Positions 17,682 through 25,591 of a stretch of 50,459 bases of DNA are shown here, piece after piece. The notes below the pieces were generated by a model, which was given only the letters and a program-made list of their open reading frames with translations, made no database searches and had not been told where the DNA came from. The stretch covers positions 1-50,459 of the forward strand of contig JBDRBL010000021.1 of assembly GCA_043822685.1 (NCBI GenBank), written 5' to 3'. The translations under genes and the position numbers were made by a program. The first letter of the stretch is position 1, and each line of letters opens with the position of its first letter. This stretch comes from Candidatus Shapirobacteria bacterium (GTDB lineage Bacteria > Patescibacteriota > Microgenomatia > PFEM01 > JBDRBL01).

Positions 17682-18282
17682 GGGTTTTCTCAAGTATTAA
17701 AAGGCCGTTTTTTGCTCCCGGCACCAAGCCTCTAACCGTTAACATCTTTTTTTCCTCATCAAAATCCATCACGGCCAAATTTTTTACCATCCGCCGTCCT
17801 CCCCCCATCCGCCCCGCCATCCGCTTGCCCTTTAAAACCCGGCCCGGAGTGGTCGTCGAACCAATCGATCCCGGTGCCCGTTCCCGATCCGATTGACCGT
17901 GAGTTCGTGGCCCGCCTTTAAAGTGCCAGCGCTTGACACCGCCGGCAAAGCCTTTGCCCTTGGTCCAGCCAGTCACGTTAATTTTGTCACCGGTCTTCAA
18001 AAACTCGCCCGCCTTAACTTCTTCTCCTGTCTTCACTCCTGCTAAAACGCCTTCTTCCACTCGGATTTCTTTCAAATGCAAAGGAGCCATCTTGGTGGCT
18101 CCTTTTTGCTTTGTTTTCTTTTGCCCGATTGCCAGCTGCAAAGCAAAATAACCGTCTTTATCGACGGTGCAAATCTTCGTAATCATACAACCGCCTACCG
18201 CAACCATGGTCAACGGCCAGCGCTGGCCCTGATCGTCAAAGGCCATTTTCATTCCCTGCTTTAAGCCCAAAATACCCTCCAT
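17674..18282 (-). CDS. rplC: 50S ribosomal protein L3
   Basis: MEGILGLKQGMKMAFDD...TKGKGFAGGVKRWHFKGGPRTHGQSDRERAPGSIG. The ORF-track start at 18312 lies inside a hairpin, so the ATG at 18282 is preferred. Confidence 0.93.
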   Translation of the reverse strand: MEGILGLKQGMKMAFDDQGQRWPLTMVAVGGCMITKICTVDKDGYFALQLAIGQKKTKQKGATKMAPLHLKEIRVEEGVLAGVKTGEEVKAGEFLKTGDKINVTGWTKGKGFAGGVKRWHFKGGPRTHGQSDRERAPGSIGSTTTPGRVLKGKRMAGRMGGGRRMVKNLAVMDFDEEKKMLTVRGLVPGAKNGLLILEKTHA

Positions 18283-18292
18283 CTTTATCACC

Positions 18293-18314
18293 AAAAAAAG
18301 TGCCCACGGCACTT
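18293..18314 (-). terminator. Terminator/attenuator-like hairpin plus U-run abutting the rplC start
   Basis: The minus strand reads AAGTGCC-GTG-GGCACTT followed by TTTTTGG, then GTGATAAAG-ATG. It lies downstream of the promoter-like element at 18363-18392. Confidence 0.4.
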
Positions 18315-18362
18315 CTTTCTCGCCTCCGTTTTTTCCAAAGCCAAGCTAATAATGTAGCCGCT

Positions 18363-18392
18363 ATTCTACCATAGCTTCCACCGCCTTGACAA
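18363..18392 (-). promoter_or_regulatory. Sigma70-like promoter in the rpsJ-rplC spacer
   Basis: The minus strand reads TTGTCA (18387-18392), an 18-nt spacer, then TGgTAGAAT (extended -10, hexamer at 18363-18368). Confidence 0.5.
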
Positions 18393-18436
18393 CCCCGAGA
18401 CCAAAACAGCTGAACCGTCTCCCTTTCTCAAAACTA

Positions 18437-18464
18437 TGTTATCATGTTTTAAAACATGATAACA
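18437..18464. promoter_or_regulatory. 28-bp perfect palindrome TGTTATCATGTTTTAAAACATGATAACA, copy 1
   Basis: Exact self-complementary 28-mer (30 bp if the flanking A/T pair is included). It lies 51 nt downstream of the rpsJ stop and 44 nt upstream of the -35-like element. Confidence 0.6.
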
Positions 18465-18514
18465 TTAAAAACGAACAGATGGAGATATTGGTCTTTTTGC
18501 AAAAACGCTGCCGA

Positions 18515-18823
18515 TTACATCTTCACTTCAATGTCCACGCCGGCGGGGAGGTCGAGATGCATGAGCGAATCAATGGTTTTGTCGGTGGGCTCTAAAATAT
18601 CAATCAGGCGTTTGTGAGTTAAAATTTGAAAATGCTCCTGCGCGTTTTTGTCCGTGTGCGGCGATTTTAAAACCGACATCAACTTTCGGGACGTCGGCAG
18701 AGGCAATGGCCCCACCACCTTCGCCCCGGTCGAAAGTGCCGTTTCCAAAATTTTATCGCAGCTCTCATCCAGAACGCGATAATCGTAAGCTTTTAAACGT
18801 ACCCGTATCCTGCCTTTTGGCAT
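18515..18823 (-). CDS. rpsJ: 30S ribosomal protein S10
   Basis: [44 protein letters not shown]...[16 protein letters not shown]. The ATG at 18823 is preferred; the longer ORF-track N-terminus would overlap tuf. Confidence 0.93.
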   Translation of the reverse strand: MPKGRIRVRLKAYDYRVLDESCDKILETALSTGAKVVGPLPLPTSRKLMSVLKSPHTDKNAQEHFQILTHKRLIDILEPTDKTIDSLMHLDLPAGVDIEVKM

Positions 18824-18842
18824 CAGCCCAAACCTTTTTATT

Positions 18843-20033
18843 TTACTTGATAATCTTCGCAATCGCGCCGGCACCGATGGTATGGCCGCCTTCACGAATG
18901 GCAAAACGCAAACCCTCTTCCATGGCAATCGGCTGTACCAGCTTCACCGTCATCTTGGCATTGTCTCCCGGCATAATCATCTCCACTCCTTGGGCCAAGA
19001 TCACTTCGCCGGTAACATCGGTCGTCCCGATGTAAAATTGAGGCCGATAACCGGAGAAAAAAGGCGTATGCCGGCCGCCCTCATCTTTGGTCAGAATATA
19101 AACTTCGGCCTCAAACTCGGTGTGCGGCGTAATTGAACCGGGCTTAGCCAGCACCTGTCCGCGCTCAATTTCTTCCTTTTCGATTCCGCGCAGCAAAATT
19201 CCCACATTGTCGCCCGCCTGGCCGGAATCAAGCATCTTCCTAAACATCTCGATCCCCGTCACCACCGACGTTTTGGTGTCGCGCAGACCAATAATCTCCA
19301 CCGTCTCGTTCATTTTCACTACCCCGCGGGTAATCCTCCCCGTCGCCACTGTTCCCCGACCCTTAATCGAGAAAACATCCTCGACCGGCATCAAAAACGG
19401 CTTATCCAGCGGCCGCTCCGGAGTAGGAATGAACTCGTCCACTGCCTTCATCAACTCCTTAATTGAATCCACGTATTTGGCATCTCCCTCTAAAGCCTTG
19501 AGGGCTGAACCGCGAATAATCGGCGTCTTGTCACCCTGAAACTTATACGTGGTCAAAAGCGCTCGAACATCATCCTCAACCAACTTCAACATCTCTTCGT
19601 CGTCCACCAAATCCACTTTGTTCAAAAACACCACCAGCGCCGGCACGTTTACCTGCCGCGCCAACAAAAGGTGCTCCCGAGTCTGGGGCATCGGGCCATC
19701 ATCCGCGGCAACCACCAAAATCGCACCATCCATCTGCGCCGCCCCGGTAATCATGTTCTTGATATAGTCTTTATGCCCCGGACAATCAATGTGCGCGTAG
19801 TGCCGCTTCTCGGTTTCGTACTCCAAGTGAGTAATATTAATCGTCACTCCCCGAGCTTTTTCTTCCGGCGCGCTGTCAATCTTGTCAAACGGCATATAAG
19901 TTGTTCCTGTTCCCGCCTCTGCCAATATTTTGGTAATCGCCGACGACAACGTCGTCTTGCCGTGATCGACATGACCAATCGTCCCAATATTCAAATGAGG
20001 TTTATTTCTTTGAAATACCGCTTTATCCGCCAT
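18843..20033 (-). CDS. tuf: Elongation factor Tu
   Basis: 396-aa ORF: [29 protein letters not shown]. Confidence 0.98.
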   Translation of the reverse strand: MADKAVFQRNKPHLNIGTIGHVDHGKTTLSSAITKILAEAGTGTTYMPFDKIDSAPEEKARGVTINITHLEYETEKRHYAHIDCPGHKDYIKNMITGAAQMDGAILVVAADDGPMPQTREHLLLARQVNVPALVVFLNKVDLVDDEEMLKLVEDDVRALLTTYKFQGDKTPIIRGSALKALEGDAKYVDSIKELMKAVDEFIPTPERPLDKPFLMPVEDVFSIKGRGTVATGRITRGVVKMNETVEIIGLRDTKTSVVTGIEMFRKMLDSGQAGDNVGILLRGIEKEEIERGQVLAKPGSITPHTEFEAEVYILTKDEGGRHTPFFSGYRPQFYIGTTDVTGEVILAQGVEMIMPGDNAKMTVKLVQPIAMEEGLRFAIREGGHTIGAGAIAKIIK

Positions 20034-20100
20034 TTTTCTCCTCCAAAAATAAATTAATTAAATTCGAACTTCTTCATTGTACAAGTTTAAATTATTTTTT

Positions 20101-22227
20101 TCAAGCCCCAGTCTTACCCGTTCGCCGCGCCACAATCTTCTCGGTAATATTGCCGGGAACATCCTGATAATGCGACGGCTCCATATAAAAACTCCCCCTG
20201 CCCTGCGTCATACTCCGCAAAGTAGTTGAGTAGCCCGGCACCTCGGCTAAAGGAACCATGCCTTTAACCACGGTCAAGTGGCCCCGCGACTCCGTTCCCA
20301 AAATTTGGGCTCGACGGGACGAGAGATCGCCAATCACGTCTCCCATAAACTCTTCCGGCAGAGTTACTTCCAATTTCATAATCGGTTCCAGCAAAATCGG
20401 CTCGGCTTTTTTGACCGCTCCCTGAAAAGCCATCGAAGCGGCGATTTTAAAAGCAACTTCCGAGGAATCGACTTCATGAAAAGAGCCGTCATAGACGGCC
20501 ACTAAGATATCCGTCACTGAAAAGCCCGCCAAGACGCCCTTTTCTACTGCTTCTTTCACCCCTTTTTCTACCGCCGGAATAAATTCGGAGGGAATCACTC
20601 CACCCTTAATTTCATTTTTAAACTCAAAACCACTGCCGCGCTCCTTGGGCTCGACCCGCAGCAAACAGTGGCCATACTGCCCCCGCCCGCCGGATTGCCG
20701 AATATATTTTCCCTCATCTCGAGCGGTGCTCCGCACCGTTTCCCGATAGGCCACCTGCGGCTCACCGGTACCGGCCACGACGCCAAACTCCCGCTTCATC
20801 CGATCAACAATAATTTCCAGATGTAGCTCACCCATACCGGAGATAATCGTTTGACCGGTTTCATGATCGGAAGAAATTTTAAAAGTGGGGTCTTCTTCCG
20901 ATAGTTTTTTCAAAGCATAACCCAGTTTTTCCTGATCGGCCTTAGTTTTGGGCTCAATTGCCAAAGAAATGACCGGTTCGGGAAAAGAAATTGATTCTAA
21001 AATAATCTCTTTATCTTTTTGGCACAGAGTGTCGCCTGTAGCCGTCTCTTTTAAACCAATCGCCGCCACGATTTCACCGCAAATCGCGGAATTGATAGGC
21101 TCCCGCTGATTCGCGTGCATTAAAAGCAGACGGCCGATGCGTTCCGACTGATGCTTGCTACTGTTCCAAACTTCTTCCCCGGCCCGCAAAGTGCCCGAAT
21201 AAGCCCGCACATAAGTCAATTTCCCTACATGCGGATCAGTTTGAATCTTAAAAGCCAGAGCCGATAAAGGCGCGGCGGCTTCAACCGTGTAAGTCACAGG
21301 GGGAATGTCCAAGGGACTGGGCAAGAAATCGACGACCGCATCCAGCACCGGCTGAACTCCTTTGTTGCGAAGCGATGAGCCGCAAAAAATAGGCACTAAC
21401 TTGCCGGCAATCGTCGCTCGCCGCAAGCCCTGCTTCAACTCTACCACGCTTAAAATCTCTTCGGCCAAATATTTATCCATCACCGCCTCGTCATTTTCGG
21501 CAATTTTCTCAACCAAAATTGCCCGCGCCGAGGCGACTTTTTCCTGATATTCTTCCGGCACCGGCACAATCTGATACTTCTCCCCGGTTTCATCCTCCGG
21601 CGACCAGATCAAAGCTTTTTCTTCCAAAACCAAAACTATGCCCTTAAAGGCATCTTCGCTCCCCATCGGCACGACCATAACCGCCGCATTAGCCCCCAAG
21701 CGCTCCTTGATCATCGCCACTGTCCGCTCAAAATCAGCCCCCAGCTTATCCATTTTATTGACAAAACAAATCCGGGGAACGTGATATTTATCGGCCTGCC
21801 GCCAGACGGTTTCCGATTGCGACTGCACCCCTTCCTCGGCATCAAACACCATAATGCCGCCGTCCAAAACCCGCAGTGAGCGCTCCACTTCAGCGGTAAA
21901 ATCAACGTGACCGGGTGTATCGATAATGTTGAAACGATAAGCATCTTTGGGCACCGCTCCCTGATCCTCGTCCCAAGTGGGAGTCCAAAAGGTGGTGGTG
22001 GCCGCCGAAACAATGGTGATCCCGCGTTCGCGCTCTTGGGCCATCCAGTCCATCTGGGTCGTCCCCTCGTCAATATCGCCAATCTTGTATGAACGGCCGG
22101 TATAAAACAGCACCCGTTCGGTCGTAGTCGTTTTGCCGGCGTCGATATGAGCGATAATGCCGATGTTGCGGATCTTATCTAGAGCCACACTTCTCTTTTT
22201 GGCGGTATCTTCGTTGGTTACAGACAT
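20101..22227 (-). CDS. fusA: Elongation factor G
   Basis: 708-aa ORF: [32 protein letters not shown], plus domain IV/V motifs. Confidence 0.98.
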   Translation of the reverse strand: MSVTNEDTAKKRSVALDKIRNIGIIAHIDAGKTTTTERVLFYTGRSYKIGDIDEGTTQMDWMAQERERGITIVSAATTTFWTPTWDEDQGAVPKDAYRFNIIDTPGHVDFTAEVERSLRVLDGGIMVFDAEEGVQSQSETVWRQADKYHVPRICFVNKMDKLGADFERTVAMIKERLGANAAVMVVPMGSEDAFKGIVLVLEEKALIWSPEDETGEKYQIVPVPEEYQEKVASARAILVEKIAENDEAVMDKYLAEEILSVVELKQGLRRATIAGKLVPIFCGSSLRNKGVQPVLDAVVDFLPSPLDIPPVTYTVEAAAPLSALAFKIQTDPHVGKLTYVRAYSGTLRAGEEVWNSSKHQSERIGRLLLMHANQREPINSAICGEIVAAIGLKETATGDTLCQKDKEIILESISFPEPVISLAIEPKTKADQEKLGYALKKLSEEDPTFKISSDHETGQTIISGMGELHLEIIVDRMKREFGVVAGTGEPQVAYRETVRSTARDEGKYIRQSGGRGQYGHCLLRVEPKERGSGFEFKNEIKGGVIPSEFIPAVEKGVKEAVEKGVLAGFSVTDILVAVYDGSFHEVDSSEVAFKIAASMAFQGAVKKAEPILLEPIMKLEVTLPEEFMGDVIGDLSSRRAQILGTESRGHLTVVKGMVPLAEVPGYSTTLRSMTQGRGSFYMEPSHYQDVPGNITEKIVARRTGKTGA

Positions 22228-22232
22228 AAAAC

Positions 22233-22255
22233 AAAAAAACTGCCCTAAAGCAGTT
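22233..22255 (-). terminator. Terminator/attenuator-like hairpin plus U7 run 5 nt upstream of the fusA ATG
   Basis: The minus strand reads AACTGC-TTTAGG-GCAGTT followed by TTTTTTTGTTTT-ATG. It sits downstream of TGGTATAAT (the hexamer is the complement of 22272-22277). Confidence 0.4.
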
Positions 22256-22316
22256 GAGCTTTAACGAAGACATTATACCAAACCTCCCCCTCCTCGTCCA
22301 GAATCAAACTCTCTCG

Positions 22317-22580
22317 CTATTTCTTGGTTATAAACTCAAATCCTTCTCTGCACGTATGTTGAACAATTATTCCCATCCCTAACCCCAATAAAACAACAGT
22401 TACTATTCCTTGAGTTAAAAATCCAATGAAAAATAACAGAACTCCAAACAAACTGTGGTGAAGATGATACTCCCCCAAAAAAGGCTTTCTACCACATCTC
22501 TTTGTTATTAACACCCAAACCTCGCCAAAGACAAAACCGAACAGAACCGCCAGAAAAAATATTAAAATTTCCATACCCAA
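22317..22580 (-). CDS. Small hypothetical integral membrane protein (87 aa)
   Basis: ORF with three hydrophobic segments in AT-rich island sequence. No family recognised. Confidence 0.5.
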   Translation of the reverse strand: MGMEILIFFLAVLFGFVFGEVWVLITKRCGRKPFLGEYHLHHSLFGVLLFFIGFLTQGIVTVVLLGLGMGIIVQHTCREGFEFITKK

Positions 22581-22660
22581 AGTATATCAAATACGAAAAG
22601 TGGAGTTTATCAACGAAATTTTGGTCAAAAGTTAAGCCGGTTTTTCTTTTTACCCTCTTA

Positions 22661-22669
22661 TGTTAAAAT
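22661..22669 (+). promoter_or_regulatory. Extended -10 TGTTAAAAT, 6 nt upstream of the MNT gene ATG
   Basis: The sequence reads TGTTAAAATctaatcATG, which leaves no room for a Shine-Dalgarno. Confidence 0.4.
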
Positions 22670-22675
22670 CTAATC

Positions 22676-22969
22676 ATGACAATTCGAGATATCAGCAGTA
22701 AAGTTGTTCCCACCTTAAAGCGCCAAGGAGTAACCAAAGCGGCAATCTTTGGTTCGGTAGCACGAGGAGAGGCAAAAAAAAATAGCGATGTGGACATGTT
22801 GATCAAATTCAGCGGTAAAAAGAGCTTGCTAGATTTGGTTAGGCTTCAATATGTTTTAGAGGATAAGTTGGGGAAGAAAGTTGATCTTCTAACCTATGAT
22901 TCTATTCACCCGCGACTTAAGGACATTATTTTGAATGAACAACAGGTGATTTATGATCAAAGATCCTAA
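22676..22969 (+). CDS. Minimal nucleotidyltransferase (MNT), antitoxin-type partner of HEPN
   Basis: 97-aa ORF with the GSVARGEAKKNSDVDMLI motif (GS-x-RG...D-x-D). Confidence 0.85.
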   Translation: MTIRDISSKVVPTLKRQGVTKAAIFGSVARGEAKKNSDVDMLIKFSGKKSLLDLVRLQYVLEDKLGKKVDLLTYDSIHPRLKDIILNEQQVIYDQRS

Positions 22970-23294
22970 AATTTTTCTTGGTCACATTTTAGACAGCATC
23001 ACTGAAATTGAAAATACTCTTAAATCCGTATCAGAAAAGGATTTTTCTCAAAATGTTCAAGCTCAAGACGCTGTGATTCGAAGGATAGAAATTATTGGTG
23101 AGGCAACGAAAAATTTGCCCATCACCATTACTAAGAGATATCCCAAAATTGAATGGCGTGAAATCGCCGGTATGCGAGATAAGTTGATTCATCAATACTT
23201 TGGCGTGGACGTTAAAATCGTTTGGGAAACGGCTAAAAAGGACATCCCCAAACTAAAAAGACAAATTTCAAAAGTTTTAGAAAATGAAGGTTAG
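22953..23294 (+). CDS. HEPN/DUF86-family protein (toxin-type partner of MNT)
   Basis: 113-aa ORF that overlaps the MNT gene by 17 nt. It has an Rx4H motif in GMRDKLIHQYFGVD. Confidence 0.85.
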   Translation: MIKDPKIFLGHILDSITEIENTLKSVSEKDFSQNVQAQDAVIRRIEIIGEATKNLPITITKRYPKIEWREIAGMRDKLIHQYFGVDVKIVWETAKKDIPKLKRQISKVLENEG

Positions 23295-23574
23295 GAAACC
23301 AAACGGCCATATCAGCTCTCTTGAAATCGAACAGCTCTACGATTGGTTACTAACAAACGAGAAGGAAAGAAAGGAAGCTGTCTTTACTTGGACATCGGGC
23401 CTAGCAAGATTTATTGGCTATATTGTTGAAAGATATTACAAGCAAAAGGAAAACCCCAAAAAGTATCCCAAATACAAAAATACTTTCTGCACCAAGCCTT
23501 TTATGTGTTTAAACTGTTTCGAAAACAATAAACACGGTGTTTACAGAAAAATAGCAAAAACGACCTTAAACTGA
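23284..23574 (+). CDS. Hypothetical protein (96 aa), third gene of the MNT-HEPN unit
   Basis: ORF overlapping the HEPN stop by 11 nt. It is Lys/Tyr-rich with a C-terminal Cys cluster (FCTKPFMCLNCF). No family recognised. Confidence 0.4.
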   Translation: MKVRKPNGHISSLEIEQLYDWLLTNEKERKEAVFTWTSGLARFIGYIVERYYKQKENPKKYPKYKNTFCTKPFMCLNCFENNKHGVYRKIAKTTLN

Positions 23575-23702
23575 ATAAGTTAGAATACATTTGCGACATC
23601 AACAAGAAAATTTAACACCAACTTGGACGGTCGTTAATAAGTGTGTTAAATTTAATTGAGGAGGTTGCGCCATAATCTGCACGATTATGGCGTGATACCA
23701 GC

Positions 23703-23828
23703 TCAACCAACCCTTTCCTGCCTCACTTTTTCAAAAAGAATAATCGCCGCGGCAGCGCTGACGTTGAGAGAATCAAGACCCGGCTGCATGGGGGTGGTCT
23801 GCGTCGTCCTCACTCGTATCGTTTTCAT
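23703..23828 (-). pseudogene. Internally deleted remnant of a second TrmH/SpoU-type methyltransferase gene (41-codon mini-ORF)
   Basis: The minus strand encodes MKTIRVR-TTQTTP-MQPGLDSLNVSAAAAIILFEKVRQERVG*. The first 7 codons match the 5' end of the intact gene at 24363-25106 (KTIRVR). The last roughly 28 codons match its 3' end (MQPGLDSLNVSASAAIVLFEKVRQEK). Confidence 0.8.
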
Positions 23829-23895
23829 TCGTTGGCCCTTTTTGCCACCTTGTCACAAGGGGCATAAAAAGATACAATACCTTTGGAGGTAGAAT

Positions 23896-24114
23896 ATGCG
23901 CAAAGTCAATCTAAAAAATATTGTTTGGAAAGAGGGAAAATATTACGTTTCCCAGTGTCTTAACGTGGAAGTTTCTAGCTTTGGTAAAACAAAAAAAGAA
24001 GCTTTGGATAACTTAAATGAGGCGTTGGAATTGTATTTCGAAGAAGTAAAAATTCCTAAAATAGCCGAAATTCAACGACCCGAAGTAGTAAATTTTCCCT
24101 TGTGTTATGCCTAA
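23896..24114 (+). CDS. hicB: HicB-family antitoxin (short form)
   Basis: 72-aa ORF: WKEGKYYVSQCLNVEVSSFGKTKKEALDNLNEALELYFEE. GGAGG lies 6 nt upstream of the ATG, and the ORF overlaps hicA by 8 nt. Confidence 0.8.
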   Translation: MRKVNLKNIVWKEGKYYVSQCLNVEVSSFGKTKKEALDNLNEALELYFEEVKIPKIAEIQRPEVVNFPLCYA

Positions 24115-24316
24115 ATTATGCTCTTCGCGGCATATTATTGGTGTTCTTCAAAAAAATAACTTCTTTTTTGTCTCTCGAAAGGGTAGCCACAGCAAATACC
24201 GCAAAACTGGCAAACCAACACTGACGGTAATTGTCCCTGCGGGAAAAAAAGAAATTCCCCACGGTACTTTCAGGTCCATCTTGCGCCAGAGCAAATTAGA
24301 AGAAAAAAAATTTTAA
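24107..24316 (+). CDS. hicA: HicA-family mRNA-interferase toxin
   Basis: 69-aa ORF: IIGVLQKNNFFFVSRKGSHSKYRK...VIVPAGKKEIPHGTFRSILRQ. Confidence 0.8.
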   Translation: MPKLCSSRHIIGVLQKNNFFFVSRKGSHSKYRKTGKPTLTVIVPAGKKEIPHGTFRSILRQSKLEEKKF

Positions 24317-24362
24317 AAGTCTCGTAGCAAGCGGAACAGGTCTTGCACGATAATCTGCGCGA

Positions 24363-25106
24363 TTATGGCGTGCTTATCTTTTCCTGCCGGACCTTTTCAA
24401 AAAGCACAATTGCGGCACTAGCACTAACATTTAGAGAATCAAGACCTGGTTGCATAGGAATAGCGAGTTTTTGATCGCACCGAGTGGCAACCGTTTCGGA
24501 CAAACCTTCTCTTTCATCACCCAAGACAAAAGCCACCGGCCCGGTCAGATCGGTAGCAAAATAAGATTTACCAGCCATCTCTAAAGAAAAAGTTTTAATG
24601 CCGTTTTTTTTAAGTTCGTTTAAAGTGGTAAAAATATTTAATTTTACCCAGGGGATTCGCGCCACGGTGCCCATTGACAGATGAAAAGTTTCCTCATTGA
24701 GGAAAAACTCTTTTTCGCCCTGATAAAAAAGGCCGTTAACTCCAGCCGCAAAAGCGGTCCGCACAATCAAACCAATATTATTAGGATAAGTAACGCGATG
24801 AAGAAGGAGAAAAAACGGCGACTGTTTGTGGTTATACAAATCAGCCAAAAGCTCATCCAGAGACCAATCATCCTCAATCATTAGTCGTCCCAAAATTACT
24901 TCCCGACTGTCGCCAGCGCGACCACGTTCCATCTGGTGATAAGGAGTTCTCTCAATCGCTATTCCCTGTTTTTTGGCCACCGATAAAATCTTTTGAGTCA
25001 AAACATCTTTCTTAAGATTGTCCACCACGATAATTTTTTCAAAACTCTTGCCCGCGTTCAACAACTCCCATAAAACATTTTTATTTCTCACCCGTATCGT
25101 TTTCAA
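24363..25106 (-). CDS. TrmH/SpoU-family RNA 2'-O-methyltransferase
   Basis: SpoU motifs are present: NIGLIVRTAFAAGVNG, FVLGDEREGLS and IPMQPGLDSLNVSASAAIVLFE. The TTG at 25106 is the preferred start because it aligns with the ATG of the remnant copy and lies 8 nt after a TGTTATAAT. The ORF-track start is 25115. Confidence 0.85.
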   Translation of the reverse strand: MKTIRVRNKNVLWELLNAGKSFEKIIVVDNLKKDVLTQKILSVAKKQGIAIERTPYHQMERGRAGDSREVILGRLMIEDDWSLDELLADLYNHKQSPFFLLLHRVTYPNNIGLIVRTAFAAGVNGLFYQGEKEFFLNEETFHLSMGTVARIPWVKLNIFTTLNELKKNGIKTFSLEMAGKSYFATDLTGPVAFVLGDEREGLSETVATRCDQKLAIPMQPGLDSLNVSASAAIVLFEKVRQEKISTP

Positions 25107-25114
25107 TGGTTTCA

Positions 25115-25123
25115 ATTATAACA
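25115..25123 (-). promoter_or_regulatory. Extended -10 TGTTATAAT for the trmH-like gene
   Basis: The minus strand reads TGTTATAAT-tgaaacca-TTG, directly after the terminator-like structure at 25121-25161. Confidence 0.45.
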
Positions 25124-25161
25124 AAACAAAAACCCAGCGGGCCTTGCGGCGCAAGCTGAGG
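25121..25161 (-). terminator. Putative intrinsic terminator after the 130-aa gene
   Basis: The minus strand reads CCTCAGCTTGCGCCGCAAGGCCCGCTGGG, a GC-rich imperfect stem-loop, followed by TTTTTGTTTTG. Confidence 0.45.
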
Positions 25162-25180
25162 CGTTGATAGTGGCTCATGC

Positions 25181-25573
25181 CTACTTCACCGCCGCGGTGA
25201 GCTCGTTGAAGGTGTCGTCGGTGAGAGCACTGATGATCTGGCCATTTTCCAGAGTAACTCGCATTTGATGATTACCGCTTTCGTTTTGGAAAAAATAGAC
25301 AAATTCCCAGCAAGTATCGCATTTAAGCAAATTCAAAGACGACTCTAATTTTAACTGACTGCCGCCAGCTTGATAACTTTGAGAAGTCAAAACAAAATCC
25401 CGCGCCGCTTCTTCACTCTTGGCCTGATTCCAAATCCGATCGTTCTCTTCGGCGGCTGTCGGGGCTGAGGTAATCGTTTCTAATTGAGAGGGAAAATTTT
25501 TGCCCCGAAAAAAAACAATTCCCAAAGCTAAAAGGGCCATCACTCCCGCCAGCATTGCCAGTGTTTTTCCCAT
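25181..25573 (-). CDS. Hypothetical membrane-anchored or secreted protein (130 aa)
   Basis: ORF with an N-terminal hydrophobic helix (LAMLAGVMALLALGIVFF). It lies directly downstream of rpsG. Confidence 0.6.
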   Translation of the reverse strand: MGKTLAMLAGVMALLALGIVFFRGKNFPSQLETITSAPTAAEENDRIWNQAKSEEAARDFVLTSQSYQAGGSQLKLESSLNLLKCDTCWEFVYFFQNESGNHQMRVTLENGQIISALTDDTFNELTAAVK

Positions 25574-25591
25574 AACAGTATTATCCTTCCT

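Noticed and set aside
18437-18464. The palindrome considered as a Fur box, DnaA box or other known operator
   Set aside because: The half-sites TGATAAC/GTTATCA resemble Fur-box hexamers (GATAAT). However, the arms are in the opposite relative orientation and are separated by 12 bp. The motif also does not match TTATNCACA. No assignment to a known regulator is justified.
22272-22307. Canonical -35/-10 promoter for fusA (TTGATT ... TATAAT)
   Set aside because: The spacer is 24 nt, too long for a standard sigma70 promoter. Only the extended -10 (TGGTATAAT) is retained as a possibility.
23656-23892. 78-aa plus-strand ORF between the MNT-HEPN unit and hicB
   Set aside because: It is antisense to the trmH remnant and its conserved 3' hairpin. 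It has no start signals and an implausible composition.
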